A DNA stretch of 64,000 nt, taken from positions 992,001 through 1,056,000 of the forward strand of contig CAVSBQ010000002.1 of NCBI GenBank assembly GCA_963726265.1. The letters are read 5' to 3'. The notes under the pieces were generated by a model. The model was not told the origin of the DNA, made no database searches, and saw only the letters and a program-made list of their open reading frames with translations. Origin of the DNA: Candidatus Aenigmatarchaeota archaeon (lineage in GTDB: Archaea > Aenigmatarchaeota > Aenigmatarchaeia > QMZP01 > QMZT01). A program made the translations under genes and the position numbers. Shown in pieces: positions 38,786 to 48,822 of this stretch; the first letter of the stretch is position 1; every line of letters begins with the position of its first letter.

Positions 38786-39502
38786 TCATTTTCCCAGGAA
38801 CCAGAACAATTTCTTCTGCTTGTTTTCTCCCAGCATCTCCCTGGTCGTGTCCCAGGTGAAACGAACGAGACCCTTTTCCGGGAACTTCTTGTATTTTCCC
38901 AGGTAGTCTTTCATCGAAGCGATGGTTCGCTCGTCGGAAGGGTAGCCCGTCCCGTCGATGCCGTATTTCTTGCCCAGTTCGGCCATCTCCCTGTCGCGCT
39001 CGACTTTCGCGAGTATCGATGCGGCTGAAACGACGGCGTATGTGCTGTCCGCGTGGTTCTCGACCACGAGATCCGTTTCGTTCTTCAGCATCTTCCGCAT
39101 CACCCTCGAGAACTTCTCCACGTTGACCTCAGGGCCATCGACGTAAGTTTTGCCCGCGCCGAGGCAGTCGATTACGGTGCACATCTTCATCGCTTCCACG
39201 CGGTTGAGGTTGACGCCCTGCCTGCTGTACTCGTCGATTTTGCAGGGACCGACCTTGAGGATGACGATGTCCTTGGCGATTTTTTCTATCTGCTTCGCGA
39301 GCTTCTCCCTCTGCGACGGCGACAACTCTTTAGAATCGCGTACGCCGAGCCTTTTCAGTTTAGCGACGTCCTTCTCGATGAACGACGCGCCGGCGATAAC
39401 GAGCGGCCCGATCACCGCGCCGCGGCCCGCCTCGTCGACGCCGCAGACCACAAGCCCGATGCCAGGCTTTTTCTCCGCTGCGCCTGTTTTTGGTTTTTCC
39501 AT
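38786..39502 (-). CDS. rnhB: Ribonuclease HII
   Basis: GVDEAGRG, RDSK, SAASILAKV and GYPSD motifs. Confidence 0.96.
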   Translation of the reverse strand: MEKPKTGAAEKKPGIGLVVCGVDEAGRGAVIGPLVIAGASFIEKDVAKLKRLGVRDSKELSPSQREKLAKQIEKIAKDIVILKVGPCKIDEYSRQGVNLNRVEAMKMCTVIDCLGAGKTYVDGPEVNVEKFSRVMRKMLKNETDLVVENHADSTYAVVSAASILAKVERDREMAELGKKYGIDGTGYPSDERTIASMKDYLGKYKKFPEKGLVRFTWDTTREMLGENKQKKLFWFLGK

Positions 39503-39564
39503 GAAAACGCCTTTATCATTTCTTGTATTGCAAAAATAAATACTGATGGAGGGAAAGGATAATA

Positions 39565-40161
39565 ATGGATGTCGTATCTCTTCTCAGTTCGGAATTCTTC
39601 GGCCTTCTGGTAATACCGGCTTTCATCTTTCTCTCCAGGATACTCGACGTTTCAATGGGGACGATAAGGATAATCTTCATTTCGAGGGGCATGAAATTAC
39701 TGTCGGCCTCCATCGGCTTCTTCGAGATGCTCGTGTGGCTTTTCGCCATAAGCCGCATAATGCTTGAGATGACGAACCCTCTCAACTACATAGCCTATGC
39801 CGGCGGCTTCGCCGTGGGAACGTTCGTCGGCATGCTGATAGAGGAAATCCTGGCCATGGGTTACCTGAGCGTCATAATAACCACCAGCAAGGACACCGCA
39901 GAGATGGTCGGCAAGCTGGATCTTGCCGGCTACAAATTGACGGTCATTGACACACAAGGCGGCACAAAGGACAGGAAGATGATATTCGCGATATTAAAGA
40001 GGGACAAGCTCAGGAACATTATCAATATAATCAAGGAAGTCGACCCCAGCGTGTTCTACGCGGTCGAGAACATCCGCGACATGCACGAGATACACCTGCC
40101 TCCGGACTTCAGCGCAAGGAAGCGCTCGCTGCTCATGAAGTTCAGGAGAAAGGCGGCGTGA
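39565..40161 (+). CDS. DUF2179/DUF5698 membrane protein
   Basis: RILDVSMGTIRII, GFFE and YAGGFAVG motifs. Confidence 0.85.
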   Translation: MDVVSLLSSEFFGLLVIPAFIFLSRILDVSMGTIRIIFISRGMKLLSASIGFFEMLVWLFAISRIMLEMTNPLNYIAYAGGFAVGTFVGMLIEEILAMGYLSVIITTSKDTAEMVGKLDLAGYKLTVIDTQGGTKDRKMIFAILKRDKLRNIINIIKEVDPSVFYAVENIRDMHEIHLPPDFSARKRSLLMKFRRKAA

Positions 40162-40187
40162 TGCGGCGTCGGGCCGATGGTCCGCTA

Positions 40188-40394
40188 TCAGAGCCTGTAG
40201 TTCATTTTTCCGAACAAGTCGGTTTTTTTTGAAACGTAATATTCATTTCCGTCATTGCCAATAAAAGAAAGCCATTCCAGTCCGTTATCCTCGATGACGC
40301 CGGTGACGCAGTAAATCTTGCCCCTTGTCACAGTAAAAATCGGCGAATCCCTCAGCGCAATTACGTCATCCCCCGTCTTTACATCCAGACCCAT
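40188..40394 (-). CDS. Small beta-rich (SH3-like) hypothetical protein
   Basis: MGLDVKTGDDVIA...TRGKIYCV...; AT-rich with its own TATA box. Confidence 0.5.
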   Translation of the reverse strand: MGLDVKTGDDVIALRDSPIFTVTRGKIYCVTGVIEDNGLEWLSFIGNDGNEYYVSKKTDLFGKMNYRL

Positions 40395-40471
40395 TTTACA
40401 TTCTTGGCAAAAAGTTTTTAATGCTTGCCGCCGCGGGAGGCTCATCAAAAAGTCGCATGCTAATCGTGCCG

Positions 40472-41926
40472 TCACTCGATGAACATGGGGCCGCCGTGGC
40501 CTTCTTCCACGCGCTTCTCGAGCTCTTCGAGCCTGCGCTTCAGCTCCTCGATGGTCGGGATCTCGCTGACCTTGCCCCATTCGCGCTTCTCCACGGTCCC
40601 GATTTCCCTCTTGACCTTCTCGATGTCACTCGCCACGTTCGTGATGTGGTCCTCGTTGCGGACTACCGCTTTCTTTATGTCGTTCATGTCCTTGTAGAGG
40701 TCGCCCGTTATGAGCTTCCCGTCCGTCTTCAGCCGCTTCTCGAGGAAGCCCTTCTCCACGTCGTCCTTGGTAAGGAACCCGTCCATCCTGGAAATTATGA
40801 TGTCTATTTCCTTGCGCAGGCCTTCGGTTTCAGGCGCGGCCTTCGCCCCCTTCGCCTGGGCGAATTCGGGCAGCTTTATCGGCCTGAGATCCGCCATCTT
40901 CTCAAGCCTTCTGGAAAGCGTTTCGACCCTCAGCTCCATCTGGCTCATGCGCTTCTTCGCCTCGGCGTCCTGCGGCATGACTATCCTGGCGCCCGGCTTC
41001 CTGGTGAGCAGCGTCTTCTTCACGTCCTCCATGAACTTCCTGTTTTCGCCCATCTCCTGCTTCATGCCTTCGATGCTCGTCTCCTCGCCCGAGATGAGCG
41101 CCTTCAGCCTTTCGATGCTGGCTCTGTTCGCTTCCATCGCTTTCTTCATTTCATCGGCGCTCTTCGGCCCGAACCTGACGTTGAGGTCGTCGAGCTTGGT
41201 GAACAGCTCGCGCCTGAGGTGGTCTATGTCGTCTTTCGGGGCCGGCCCGCTAAGTTTCTCGGTTTTCAGCCTCCTGACGTCATCCTCGAGCTTCGTGACC
41301 TCTTCATGCAGCCCGTCTATGTTCATGTGGGCCTCGGCAGGGAAGCTGAACTTCGAGTTCTCCATCTTGACTTTCAGCTCCTCCACGAGCCTCCTGTTCT
41401 CGCCTATCATCCTTTTCAGCGAGTCGATGTCGGGCACGGCGCCTTTCGGCCTGCCCGCAAGCATGCGCTTGAGATTCTCGACGGCGTTCCTGTTCTCGTC
41501 TATCGCCGCCCTGAGGTCCGCGAGGTCGATCGAGGGGGATTTCTTCATGTCCTTCCTTATCTGCTCTATGTCCCTCTTTATCTCTTCTATCTCTCCGCTG
41601 TCATCAGGCCTGCCGGCAGGCGCGTCGCCCGCGGATTTCGCCCCCATCAGCTTGTCCCTTATGAACCTGACCTCGTCCACGGTCTGCTTCCACCTCTTGA
41701 ACATGTCCACGTCCTTGGAGAGGTGCTGCAGCTGTATTATACGGTCCTCGTCTTCCGCCGAGACGGGTGCCTGGGAAGAAGTAAGCCTGATCTTGTCTAT
41801 CTCGTTCTTGAGGTTGATTATGTCGAGCTGCACGAGGTTCTGCAGGTCCTCCAGGGTCGACATCTTGCCAAGAAGCTCCCTGAGTTTGCCCTCGGAGTCC
41901 GCATCGTTGCCGGCCATTTCGTTCAC
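40472..41926 (-). CDS. Coiled-coil protein of unknown function
   Basis: E/K-rich heptads with repeated ENR motifs. Confidence 0.8.
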   Translation of the reverse strand: MNEMAGNDADSEGKLRELLGKMSTLEDLQNLVQLDIINLKNEIDKIRLTSSQAPVSAEDEDRIIQLQHLSKDVDMFKRWKQTVDEVRFIRDKLMGAKSAGDAPAGRPDDSGEIEEIKRDIEQIRKDMKKSPSIDLADLRAAIDENRNAVENLKRMLAGRPKGAVPDIDSLKRMIGENRRLVEELKVKMENSKFSFPAEAHMNIDGLHEEVTKLEDDVRRLKTEKLSGPAPKDDIDHLRRELFTKLDDLNVRFGPKSADEMKKAMEANRASIERLKALISGEETSIEGMKQEMGENRKFMEDVKKTLLTRKPGARIVMPQDAEAKKRMSQMELRVETLSRRLEKMADLRPIKLPEFAQAKGAKAAPETEGLRKEIDIIISRMDGFLTKDDVEKGFLEKRLKTDGKLITGDLYKDMNDIKKAVVRNEDHITNVASDIEKVKREIGTVEKREWGKVSEIPTIEELKRRLEELEKRVEEGHGGPMFIE

Positions 41927-42017
41927 AATAGAATATTGTAGGACTTAATATAAATTATAGATTAGAGGAGCCCTGCCGCGAAGCCGCTCCATTTTCTGCC
42001 CGCCCGAATGCGTTGCC

Positions 42018-42533
42018 TCAGAGCTCGACTGAAGGCGAGACTCTCGGGCAGACTTCGTTTATGACCTTGACCTTCGCGAGGGACCATGTGTCGTTTATCG
42101 AGGTCACATCCGCATCCAGTATCCAGTCATAGCCCGGCTTCAGCGGGTTGGCCTTGGTCCGCTGAGTTTCGCCGGTTATGTTGACCTCGGGATAGATTAT
42201 CAGCCTGGTGCCTGTGGAAGTAGTCATGGTCAGCTCCAGCGAGAAGTTGTAGAGGTTCTGCGAGCCGGTGTTTATTATCTTCACGCTCATGGTCCCGTTC
42301 GTGCCGCTGAAGTTCCAGACCGCGCCGGAGCTGCCGTAGTCGCTGTCGAAGCCGTATGCGGTCTGCCTGCAGACGATGTCCTGGTTCGCCCCGGTGGTGG
42401 CGCCTTCCGACGTCTCGGTCGCCAGCTTCATGGCCCACGGCCCCACCACCGCGGCCATGAGCACCACTATCGCTATGAGCATGATGGTGGAAATAATCTG
42501 CGATGCGCCTTTCCTTTCCATGGCATCCGCCAT
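42018..42533 (-). CDS. Archaeal type IV pilin-like protein
   Basis: Class III signal RKG/ASQIISTIMLIAIVV. Confidence 0.8.
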   Translation of the reverse strand: MADAMERKGASQIISTIMLIAIVVLMAAVVGPWAMKLATETSEGATTGANQDIVCRQTAYGFDSDYGSSGAVWNFSGTNGTMSVKIINTGSQNLYNFSLELTMTTSTGTRLIIYPEVNITGETQRTKANPLKPGYDWILDADVTSINDTWSLAKVKVINEVCPRVSPSVEL

Positions 42534-42567
42534 TTTACACCCCGTTTCGCTCATCCCGCCAGTCATC

Positions 42568-43278
42568 TCAACCACCCTTTATGATTATAAAATCCTCGCC
42601 GGATTCGAGAATGAATTTTATCTCATACGTCAGGCCGTAATCGGACTCCATGTGCGCCGTGACCTCGCCGAACGGCAGGTAATAGCCCGAGCGCGTGAGC
42701 TTCGTGTAGCCGCTGCCCACGGACGACGTCGCGTCCTCGTCCAGCGTTATATCCAGGTATTCCAGCGGGAGCGTCTGGTTGAGGTCCTTCTGGTAGACAG
42801 ACAGCAGCACGTCGGAGATGTTGTAGCGCGTGTTGTTGCCCTCGGAGCCAATCCTTTTAAGACATGCCTTGATGTGCTCGTTCTCGAGGATGAACGCGTC
42901 CTGGCCGCGGCAGTCGCTCTCGTAGGCCTTGGTGTCGAGGTTGGAGCCGAAGAGCACGTTGCCGAAAGCCTGGAGCGTCCTCGGCGACATCACGGGGGAC
43001 GCGCATTCGTATTCCCAGTATATTGCGTCTTCATCGCCCTCCACGTGGATTTCGCCTTCTTCAACGTTCAGGTCTATGGTCCTTTTCGAGCCCTCGCCCT
43101 GCGAGGCGACTTTCTGCGTGAGCTCGTCCATTTTCACGAAGGAAGACTTCATCTTGTCCATGACGATGGAGCACTGCACCTTCTGTATGGTCGGCAGGGC
43201 TATCCAGTATACTATCGCGGTCGCGGCTATCAGGAAAGCCATGAACAGAACGCCAGAAATCAAGCTCAAGCCCTTCAT
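42568..43278 (-). CDS. Pilin-like protein
   Basis: MKG/LSLISGVLF class III-like signal. Confidence 0.72.
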   Translation of the reverse strand: MKGLSLISGVLFMAFLIAATAIVYWIALPTIQKVQCSIVMDKMKSSFVKMDELTQKVASQGEGSKRTIDLNVEEGEIHVEGDEDAIYWEYECASPVMSPRTLQAFGNVLFGSNLDTKAYESDCRGQDAFILENEHIKACLKRIGSEGNNTRYNISDVLLSVYQKDLNQTLPLEYLDITLDEDATSSVGSGYTKLTRSGYYLPFGEVTAHMESDYGLTYEIKFILESGEDFIIIKGG

Positions 43279-43823
43279 GCCTTTATCTCCCCGGCCGCCT
43301 TGTTTCCCCCGTCGCTGATCTCGAGAAGCACCCAGAGGTTCGCCTTGAATTTCTCTAATAATAGATTCTTTTCGGTCGTATTAAAGTTTGCGCGGAGCTC
43401 GAATTCGGATGGCGGCGAAGCGAAGAGCGTGGAGTTTACCGCGCCGGAGCCGACGTAAAGATTCTTCACTTCGCCTGAGACGTTCAGGGTGATTTCGGCC
43501 GGATAGCCGAGGAAGTTGCCGGCGGTTACGTTGAGGTCGTCGCTCACGTTCTGCGTTATTATCCAGAGCACTTTGAGTTCAGCGTTCCTCTGGCCGGTCA
43601 GGTTCACGGCAAGGCCGGTGAAATTCGCGAGCACCTGCGACGGCGACGAAGAATTCATGCCGAAGTTGAAGGCCCTGGGATATTCCGCCAGTATGTTTTC
43701 GGACAGGTCGGATATCTGGTGGCCGCCCTGGACGGAATGCGACGGGGAGAAATAAAGCGATATGCCGACGTAGAACATCATGATGAGGAGGAACGCGCCT
43801 ATAAGGAAGAACTGCCCCTTCAT
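43275..43823 (-). CDS. Pilin-like protein
   Basis: MKG/QFFLIGA signal. Confidence 0.7.
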   Translation of the reverse strand: MKGQFFLIGAFLLIMMFYVGISLYFSPSHSVQGGHQISDLSENILAEYPRAFNFGMNSSSPSQVLANFTGLAVNLTGQRNAELKVLWIITQNVSDDLNVTAGNFLGYPAEITLNVSGEVKNLYVGSGAVNSTLFASPPSEFELRANFNTTEKNLLLEKFKANLWVLLEISDGGNKAAGEIKA

Positions 43824-43854
43824 CTCTCCATGTTTTCTTGTTGCCCTGTTCATG

Positions 43855-44238
43855 TCACCACCAGACGTAAAGCTTGACCTCGAGCGGCGCGTAGGTTTCG
43901 CTGCCCGCTATGACGTAACCCGAGACCACGATGTTGTCCGAGGACGGGTATTCACCCGTGCACGCTCCGCCCAGGCTGCATATCTGCACTGAGTGGTTGT
44001 ATGCGGGCATCTGGACGCCGGAGTTTATGGCGGCGTAATTGCCTGCGGCCGCGTAGGGCCTGAGAACGCCCCTGCTGTCCATCTCCTTAAGCAGCTGGTA
44101 GCCCGCCTCGGTCAGGCCGTTCTCGTCGGGCGCCGTGAAATAGACGCTGCCGGCTGACGCGAGGAAGAGCATGATTAACAGCACTGCAATGACGCTCTCA
44201 ACCATCCTCCACATGCCTTTCATGTTTTGCATATTCAT
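43855..44238 (-). CDS. Pilin-like protein
   Basis: MKG/MWRMVE signal followed by a hydrophobic helix. Confidence 0.7.
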   Translation of the reverse strand: MNMQNMKGMWRMVESVIAVLLIMLFLASAGSVYFTAPDENGLTEAGYQLLKEMDSRGVLRPYAAAGNYAAINSGVQMPAYNHSVQICSLGGACTGEYPSSDNIVVSGYVIAGSETYAPLEVKLYVWW

Positions 44239-44915
44239 CCCCATACCGCGACCGTTATGTTCGCGTTCTCCGACGTCTCGAATAGCCTCGTTTCCGTCGT
44301 CTTTGAATAAACGTTAACCGCGCCTGAGGGCGGCGTCCTGCCGTAGCTCACATTCCCTGAAGCCGCCTGCAGCACCAGCCTGAAATGCATGTTAATGCCG
44401 AGCGCCTCCCTGAACTGCTCGTAGCTCGTGTTGGCCAGCTCGTATATTTTCGTGAGCGATGCCATTGCCTTTTTCTCGAAGGCCCACGGCACCGCGAGCT
44501 CCGAAGACGTTATGGCGAAAGTCCCGGTGCAGTTCAGCGTCGAGTTGACGTCCGCAGTGCGTATCCTGAAAACATTGAAGCCCTGCGCGAGGTCAGCCTG
44601 CCAGTAGACATCGTCGCCGTCTAATCTGCACGGCAGCGCAGTTTCGTTCGAAAGGACACGAGTCGAATTCCTCTCGCCCGAATACAGGAACGCCTTCGCC
44701 TTCAGTACGGCATCCGAAAGCGAAGCGCTGGAATTGTATTTCACGGGCGCTTCATAGACGCCGACCGAAACGAAAGCGATTATGTTTTCCCTCTGGGTTT
44801 CGGCCGCCACCTCGAAATTCGCGCCGTTTCCGCTGACGAGCGCGAAGTAATACGAGAAGCCGAACGCGGCAAAAACCATGAACAGCGATATGCCCACGAT
44901 CCAGTCTATGTCCAT
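44235..44915 (-). CDS. Membrane-anchored pilin-associated protein
   Basis: MDIDWIVGISLF N-terminal TM; first gene of the pilin operon. Confidence 0.65.
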   Translation of the reverse strand: MDIDWIVGISLFMVFAAFGFSYYFALVSGNGANFEVAAETQRENIIAFVSVGVYEAPVKYNSSASLSDAVLKAKAFLYSGERNSTRVLSNETALPCRLDGDDVYWQADLAQGFNVFRIRTADVNSTLNCTGTFAITSSELAVPWAFEKKAMASLTKIYELANTSYEQFREALGINMHFRLVLQAASGNVSYGRTPPSGAVNVYSKTTETRLFETSENANITVAVWG

Positions 44916-45121
44916 GCTTAATAGATGGGCGAGCCCGAATAAAAACAATCCGGGAAATTTGCGGATTTTTATTTCGCATGCGGGAAGCGCTGAAAATGCC
45001 GCCATGCCATCACCGCCGAGCGGTTTTGGCCATAAACATTTAAATACTCGCTACATAATTTAATTAGAAAACAAACATACGGAAACGAAATTTAAGAAAA
45101 TTTTAAAATGGAGGTGTCGGG

Positions 45122-45409
45122 ATGGCTGCAAGAAAGAAATATTACATTCTGAAGAAAGGCAGTAAACTTTCAGTGTTTACAGGAAGGTCGCCAAGGCAGG
45201 CGGCTTTGAAAGCAGCTGCGAGGGGAATAGCTGACATCCGGCTCAGGGAGAGGGGAAGAAGGAACAAGGACAGGACATACACCATACACGTCTTCAAGGG
45301 AAGCGTGAGGGTTGTGGACGCCCCTGAGAAGAGACCCGAGTGGCTGCCGGCAAGAATCAAGAAGGCCTTTGTGAAGAAAGTCGGCATAGAAAAGGTCAAC
45401 AGAATCTGA
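45122..45409 (+). CDS. Non-histone chromosomal protein MC1 family
   Basis: FTGRSPRQAALKAA, IRLRERG, HVFKG and PEWLP motifs; strong GGAGGTG Shine-Dalgarno. Confidence 0.9.
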   Translation: MAARKKYYILKKGSKLSVFTGRSPRQAALKAAARGIADIRLRERGRRNKDRTYTIHVFKGSVRVVDAPEKRPEWLPARIKKAFVKKVGIEKVNRI

Positions 45410-45533
45410 TCGCAAAGCTTTGAATTTCAGGCCTGTTATTTTTACAGGCCTTCATTTTTCTTTTATCACGTTTTCTGAAAACACAATAAACTACATCTGA
45501 AAAACTGGAATTAACTGAAACAGAATTCAGGTT

Positions 45534-46826
45534 TCACCAGCAGAGGCCGTCGAACTTCGTGACCTTCGTCCTGTCGAGAATTCTTCTGCCTTCCAGAATT
45601 ATTTTTCCCTTCATCCTGGCGAAATCCCTGTCCGAAAGGCGTTTGAACTCGTTCCACTCGGTCGCGACAACGCACGCGTCGCTTCCGCTGAGCGCGTCCT
45701 GCGCGCTCTTCGCATATTCGATGTCCGGGAAAACGCGTCTCATGTTTTCCGCCGCCATCGGGTCATATGCTTTGACTTTCGCCCCCTTCCTGAGCAGTTC
45801 ACTGATTATCGAGATGGATGAAGCCTCGCGGATGTCGTCTGAGTCGGGCTTGAACGCCAGGCCGAGCACGCAGACGGTCTTGTTTTTCAGGCTGCCCATT
45901 TTGCTTTCAAGCTGCTCCACAAGCCTGACCTTCTGCTTCTTGTTTAGATCATGAACCTCTTCCAGAAGTTTCGGCTCGTAACCAAGTTCGTTCGCTTTCG
46001 CTATCAGCGCTTCCACGTCCTTCGGGAAGCACGAGCCGCCGTAACCAGCGCCTGCGTTGAGGAAATGGGGCGAAATCCTTTTATCAAGGCCGACGCCCTT
46101 CATGACATCGTAAACATCAATCCCCAGTTTTTTGCAGATGTTGCCTATCTCGTTCGCGAACGAAATCTTAGTCGCGAGGAACGCGTTGCTCGCGTATTTT
46201 ATCATCTCCGCGGTCTTTATGTCCGTCCTCAGGCGCGGAGCCTTGAAATTGGCGTAGAGTTTTTCCGCCACGTCTCCGGACCTCTTGTCGAGCGAGCCGA
46301 TGACGATTCTGTCGGGGTTCAGGAAATCCTCGATAGCCTTCCCCTCTTTCAGGAACTCCGGGTTCATGCAGAGGCCGAAATCCTTCCCGGCCTTCTTGCC
46401 CGACGCCCTCTCGATGTTTTTCAGCACGACGTCTTCGGTCGTGCCGGGCACGACGGTTGATTTGACGACAATAACATGATAAGCTTTCTTCCTTCGCAAA
46501 ACCTCGCCTATCTGGCGGCTGGCCGACTCGACGTATTTCAGGTCGATGGAGCCGTCCTCCCTCGAAGGCGTGCCGACGGAGATGAAGCTTATTTCGGTCT
46601 TCTCCACCGCGCCGGCGAAATCGATGGTCGCAACGAGCTTTTTGTTTTTGAGGACCTTTTTCAGGTAGTCTTCCAGCAGCGGCTCGTAGATTGGCGATAC
46701 CCCTCGGTTTATCTGCTCCACCTTGCGCTGGTCAATGTCGACGCAGATGACTTCGTTGCCTTTGACCGCGAAGCCAACGCCCGTCGAAAGCCCGACATAC
46801 CCGGTCCCTATCATAGATATTTTCAT
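45534..46826 (-). CDS. ugd: UDP-glucose/GDP-mannose dehydrogenase
   Basis: GTGYVG, VGTP, NPEFL, GYGGSCFPKD and LAFKP motifs. Confidence 0.95.
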   Translation of the reverse strand: MKISMIGTGYVGLSTGVGFAVKGNEVICVDIDQRKVEQINRGVSPIYEPLLEDYLKKVLKNKKLVATIDFAGAVEKTEISFISVGTPSREDGSIDLKYVESASRQIGEVLRRKKAYHVIVVKSTVVPGTTEDVVLKNIERASGKKAGKDFGLCMNPEFLKEGKAIEDFLNPDRIVIGSLDKRSGDVAEKLYANFKAPRLRTDIKTAEMIKYASNAFLATKISFANEIGNICKKLGIDVYDVMKGVGLDKRISPHFLNAGAGYGGSCFPKDVEALIAKANELGYEPKLLEEVHDLNKKQKVRLVEQLESKMGSLKNKTVCVLGLAFKPDSDDIREASSISIISELLRKGAKVKAYDPMAAENMRRVFPDIEYAKSAQDALSGSDACVVATEWNEFKRLSDRDFARMKGKIILEGRRILDRTKVTKFDGLCW

Positions 46827-46870
46827 AGGAATCAAATCAGTCAAATTTATCCCGTTCTGTTTTCAGCCGT

Positions 46871-47692
46871 TCACCCGAAAATCTCCCTGTATTCAGGCAC
46901 GACGTCCTCCGAGAACTTCACTATCCCCTCGAAGGTCTTCGGATGCTTTATCATGTCTTCCAGGACTTCGAAGGGCACGGTAGCGATGTCCGCGCCTATC
47001 TCGGCGACCTCCCTGACTTGCCTCGCGTTCCTTAGCGAGGCCGCGATGATTCTCGTGCGTATGCCGTATTTGTCGAATATGGCCTTCGTCTTCTTCACCA
47101 GTTCGACTCCGCTGGTTATGCCCCTGTCCTCCGCGAGCTTCCCGTCCTTGTGCTTCCCTCCTGCGGGGAAGTAGTCGGCCTTGCCGAACTCCTCGCCGAG
47201 GTTCTTGCGGATGAAGTCGTCTATCCTGCCCGCGAACGGGCTTACATATTTAGCGCCAGCCTTGCCCGCCAGGAGCGCCTGCTCGGGTGTCATGACCAGC
47301 GTGGCGTTCACGGGGATTTTCTTTTTGCTCAGGGCGGTTATCGCCTTCAGGCCCTCGTAATGCGCCTCGCCTTCGTGGCGAGAAGTGCTCACGGGGATCT
47401 TTATGACGACGTTGCCCGCGACCTGGTTGAACTTCCTGTAAAGCAGCTCCGCTTCCCTGACCATGTCTTCCGCTTTCAAACTCACCACTTCCAGGCTGAC
47501 GGGATTCCCCCTGCCAGCGGTCTCGCATAGCATCTTTATGTAGCCTTCCATGTCTATCTGCTTCCCTTCGCCTTTCATGCCAGCGACCGCCTTCTTGATG
47601 AGCGAAGGGTTCGTGGTCACGCCGTCGCACACGCCGTATTCCTTCGCCTTGCGTATCTCGTTGATATCCGCCGAATCGACATATATTTCCAT
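46871..47692 (-). CDS. tal: Transaldolase / fructose-6-phosphate aldolase family
   Basis: DSAD, GVTTNPSL, VIKIP, SPFAGRIDD and AASLR motifs. Confidence 0.9.
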   Translation of the reverse strand: MEIYVDSADINEIRKAKEYGVCDGVTTNPSLIKKAVAGMKGEGKQIDMEGYIKMLCETAGRGNPVSLEVVSLKAEDMVREAELLYRKFNQVAGNVVIKIPVSTSRHEGEAHYEGLKAITALSKKKIPVNATLVMTPEQALLAGKAGAKYVSPFAGRIDDFIRKNLGEEFGKADYFPAGGKHKDGKLAEDRGITSGVELVKKTKAIFDKYGIRTRIIAASLRNARQVREVAEIGADIATVPFEVLEDMIKHPKTFEGIVKFSEDVVPEYREIFG

Positions 47693-47702
47693 AACATCAC
47701 CT

Positions 47703-48365
47703 TCAAACATTCGAAGCGCTGTCTGCCCTCTCCCTTATGAGCCTGAGCATCTTTGCAGGGTCATCGCTGCCGAATATCGCCGACCCGGCGACTAGCACGC
47801 TCGCGCCGGCTTTCGCGGCGTCAGCGCAGTTGTCCTTGTTTATGCCGCCGTCGACTTCGATCTCGAAGCCGAGATTTTTGGCCGCTGCGATGTCCCTGAG
47901 CTTCGTTACCTTCGGAAGCGCCTGAGGCATGAACTGTTGACCACCAAACCCAGGTTCGACCGTCATTATCAGGACCAGGTCGACGCTGGAGAGCACGCCT
48001 TCAATCGCCCTCACATCGGTCCCGGGTTTTATGGAGACGCCTACCCTGCATCCGGCCTTCCTGACCGCGTCTATCGCCGCCCTCAGATTCGCACACGCCT
48101 CGGCATGTATGGTTATGAAGTCCGCGCCCGCCTTGGCGAACGCTTCCACGTATTTTTCCGGATGCTCGATCATGAGGTGGACGTCGAGAACCTGCTTCGT
48201 TATCCTGCGCAGCGCTTTCACTACTAGCGGGCCTATCGTTATGTTCTTTACGAAGTGCCCGTCCATGACGTCGATGTGCAGCCACTCCGCTTCCCTGACC
48301 TTGCCGATTTCCTTCGCTAAACAGGAGAAATCTGCCGAAAGGATGGAAGGCGCTATCTTGACCAT
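47703..48365 (-). CDS. rpe: Ribulose-phosphate 3-epimerase
   Basis: APSILSADF, HIDVMDGHFV, PGFGGQ and VDGG motifs. Confidence 0.96.
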   Translation of the reverse strand: MVKIAPSILSADFSCLAKEIGKVREAEWLHIDVMDGHFVKNITIGPLVVKALRRITKQVLDVHLMIEHPEKYVEAFAKAGADFITIHAEACANLRAAIDAVRKAGCRVGVSIKPGTDVRAIEGVLSSVDLVLIMTVEPGFGGQQFMPQALPKVTKLRDIAAAKNLGFEIEVDGGINKDNCADAAKAGASVLVAGSAIFGSDDPAKMLRLIRERADSASNV

Positions 48366-48466
48366 TTTAGAGAATTGCCGTCCTGCTTTAAAAATCAAAT
48401 GAGACATGGGCGAGGCATTATGGCTTTAAAAAATTTACTTCCAATTTAAATCTTAAAGGTGTCGGA

Positions 48467-48784
48467 ATGCCAGGAATATCACAGACAGAAGATGGTAACG
48501 TCAGAATCCCCGTTGAACGCAGGTTTGAACGGCATCCCAGATATCCGCACAAATTCACCTTCAGGCCTTATGCCATTCTCGGAGAAGGCTCCGAAGCCGT
48601 TGAGATAGCTGCAGACTTCGGTCCGATAGGACGTAGCGAAAGTTATAAATGGTATTTTAAAATCCAAGGCGAGCAATATCCAGTCCTCTCAGAGGGCATC
48701 CCCGTGCTCAACGAAAGGAATCATCACATATTCCTGAAAGGCGATGTTTATAAAAAATTGATCCAACATCCTGCTGAAAAATAA
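48467..48784 (+). CDS. Hypothetical protein
   Basis: 105-aa ORF with TATA and AGGTG upstream. Confidence 0.55.
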   Translation: MPGISQTEDGNVRIPVERRFERHPRYPHKFTFRPYAILGEGSEAVEIAADFGPIGRSESYKWYFKIQGEQYPVLSEGIPVLNERNHHIFLKGDVYKKLIQHPAEK

Positions 48785-48822
48785 AATTATCAATTTTTAT
48801 AGAGGCAGGCGAAACTATTAGC

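Noticed and set aside
40421..41948. Long + strand ORFs (506 and 412 aa) and similar antisense ORFs over hppA, aspS, asnS and secY
   Set aside because: Antisense or alternate-frame shadows caused by high GC3, with no protein motifs.
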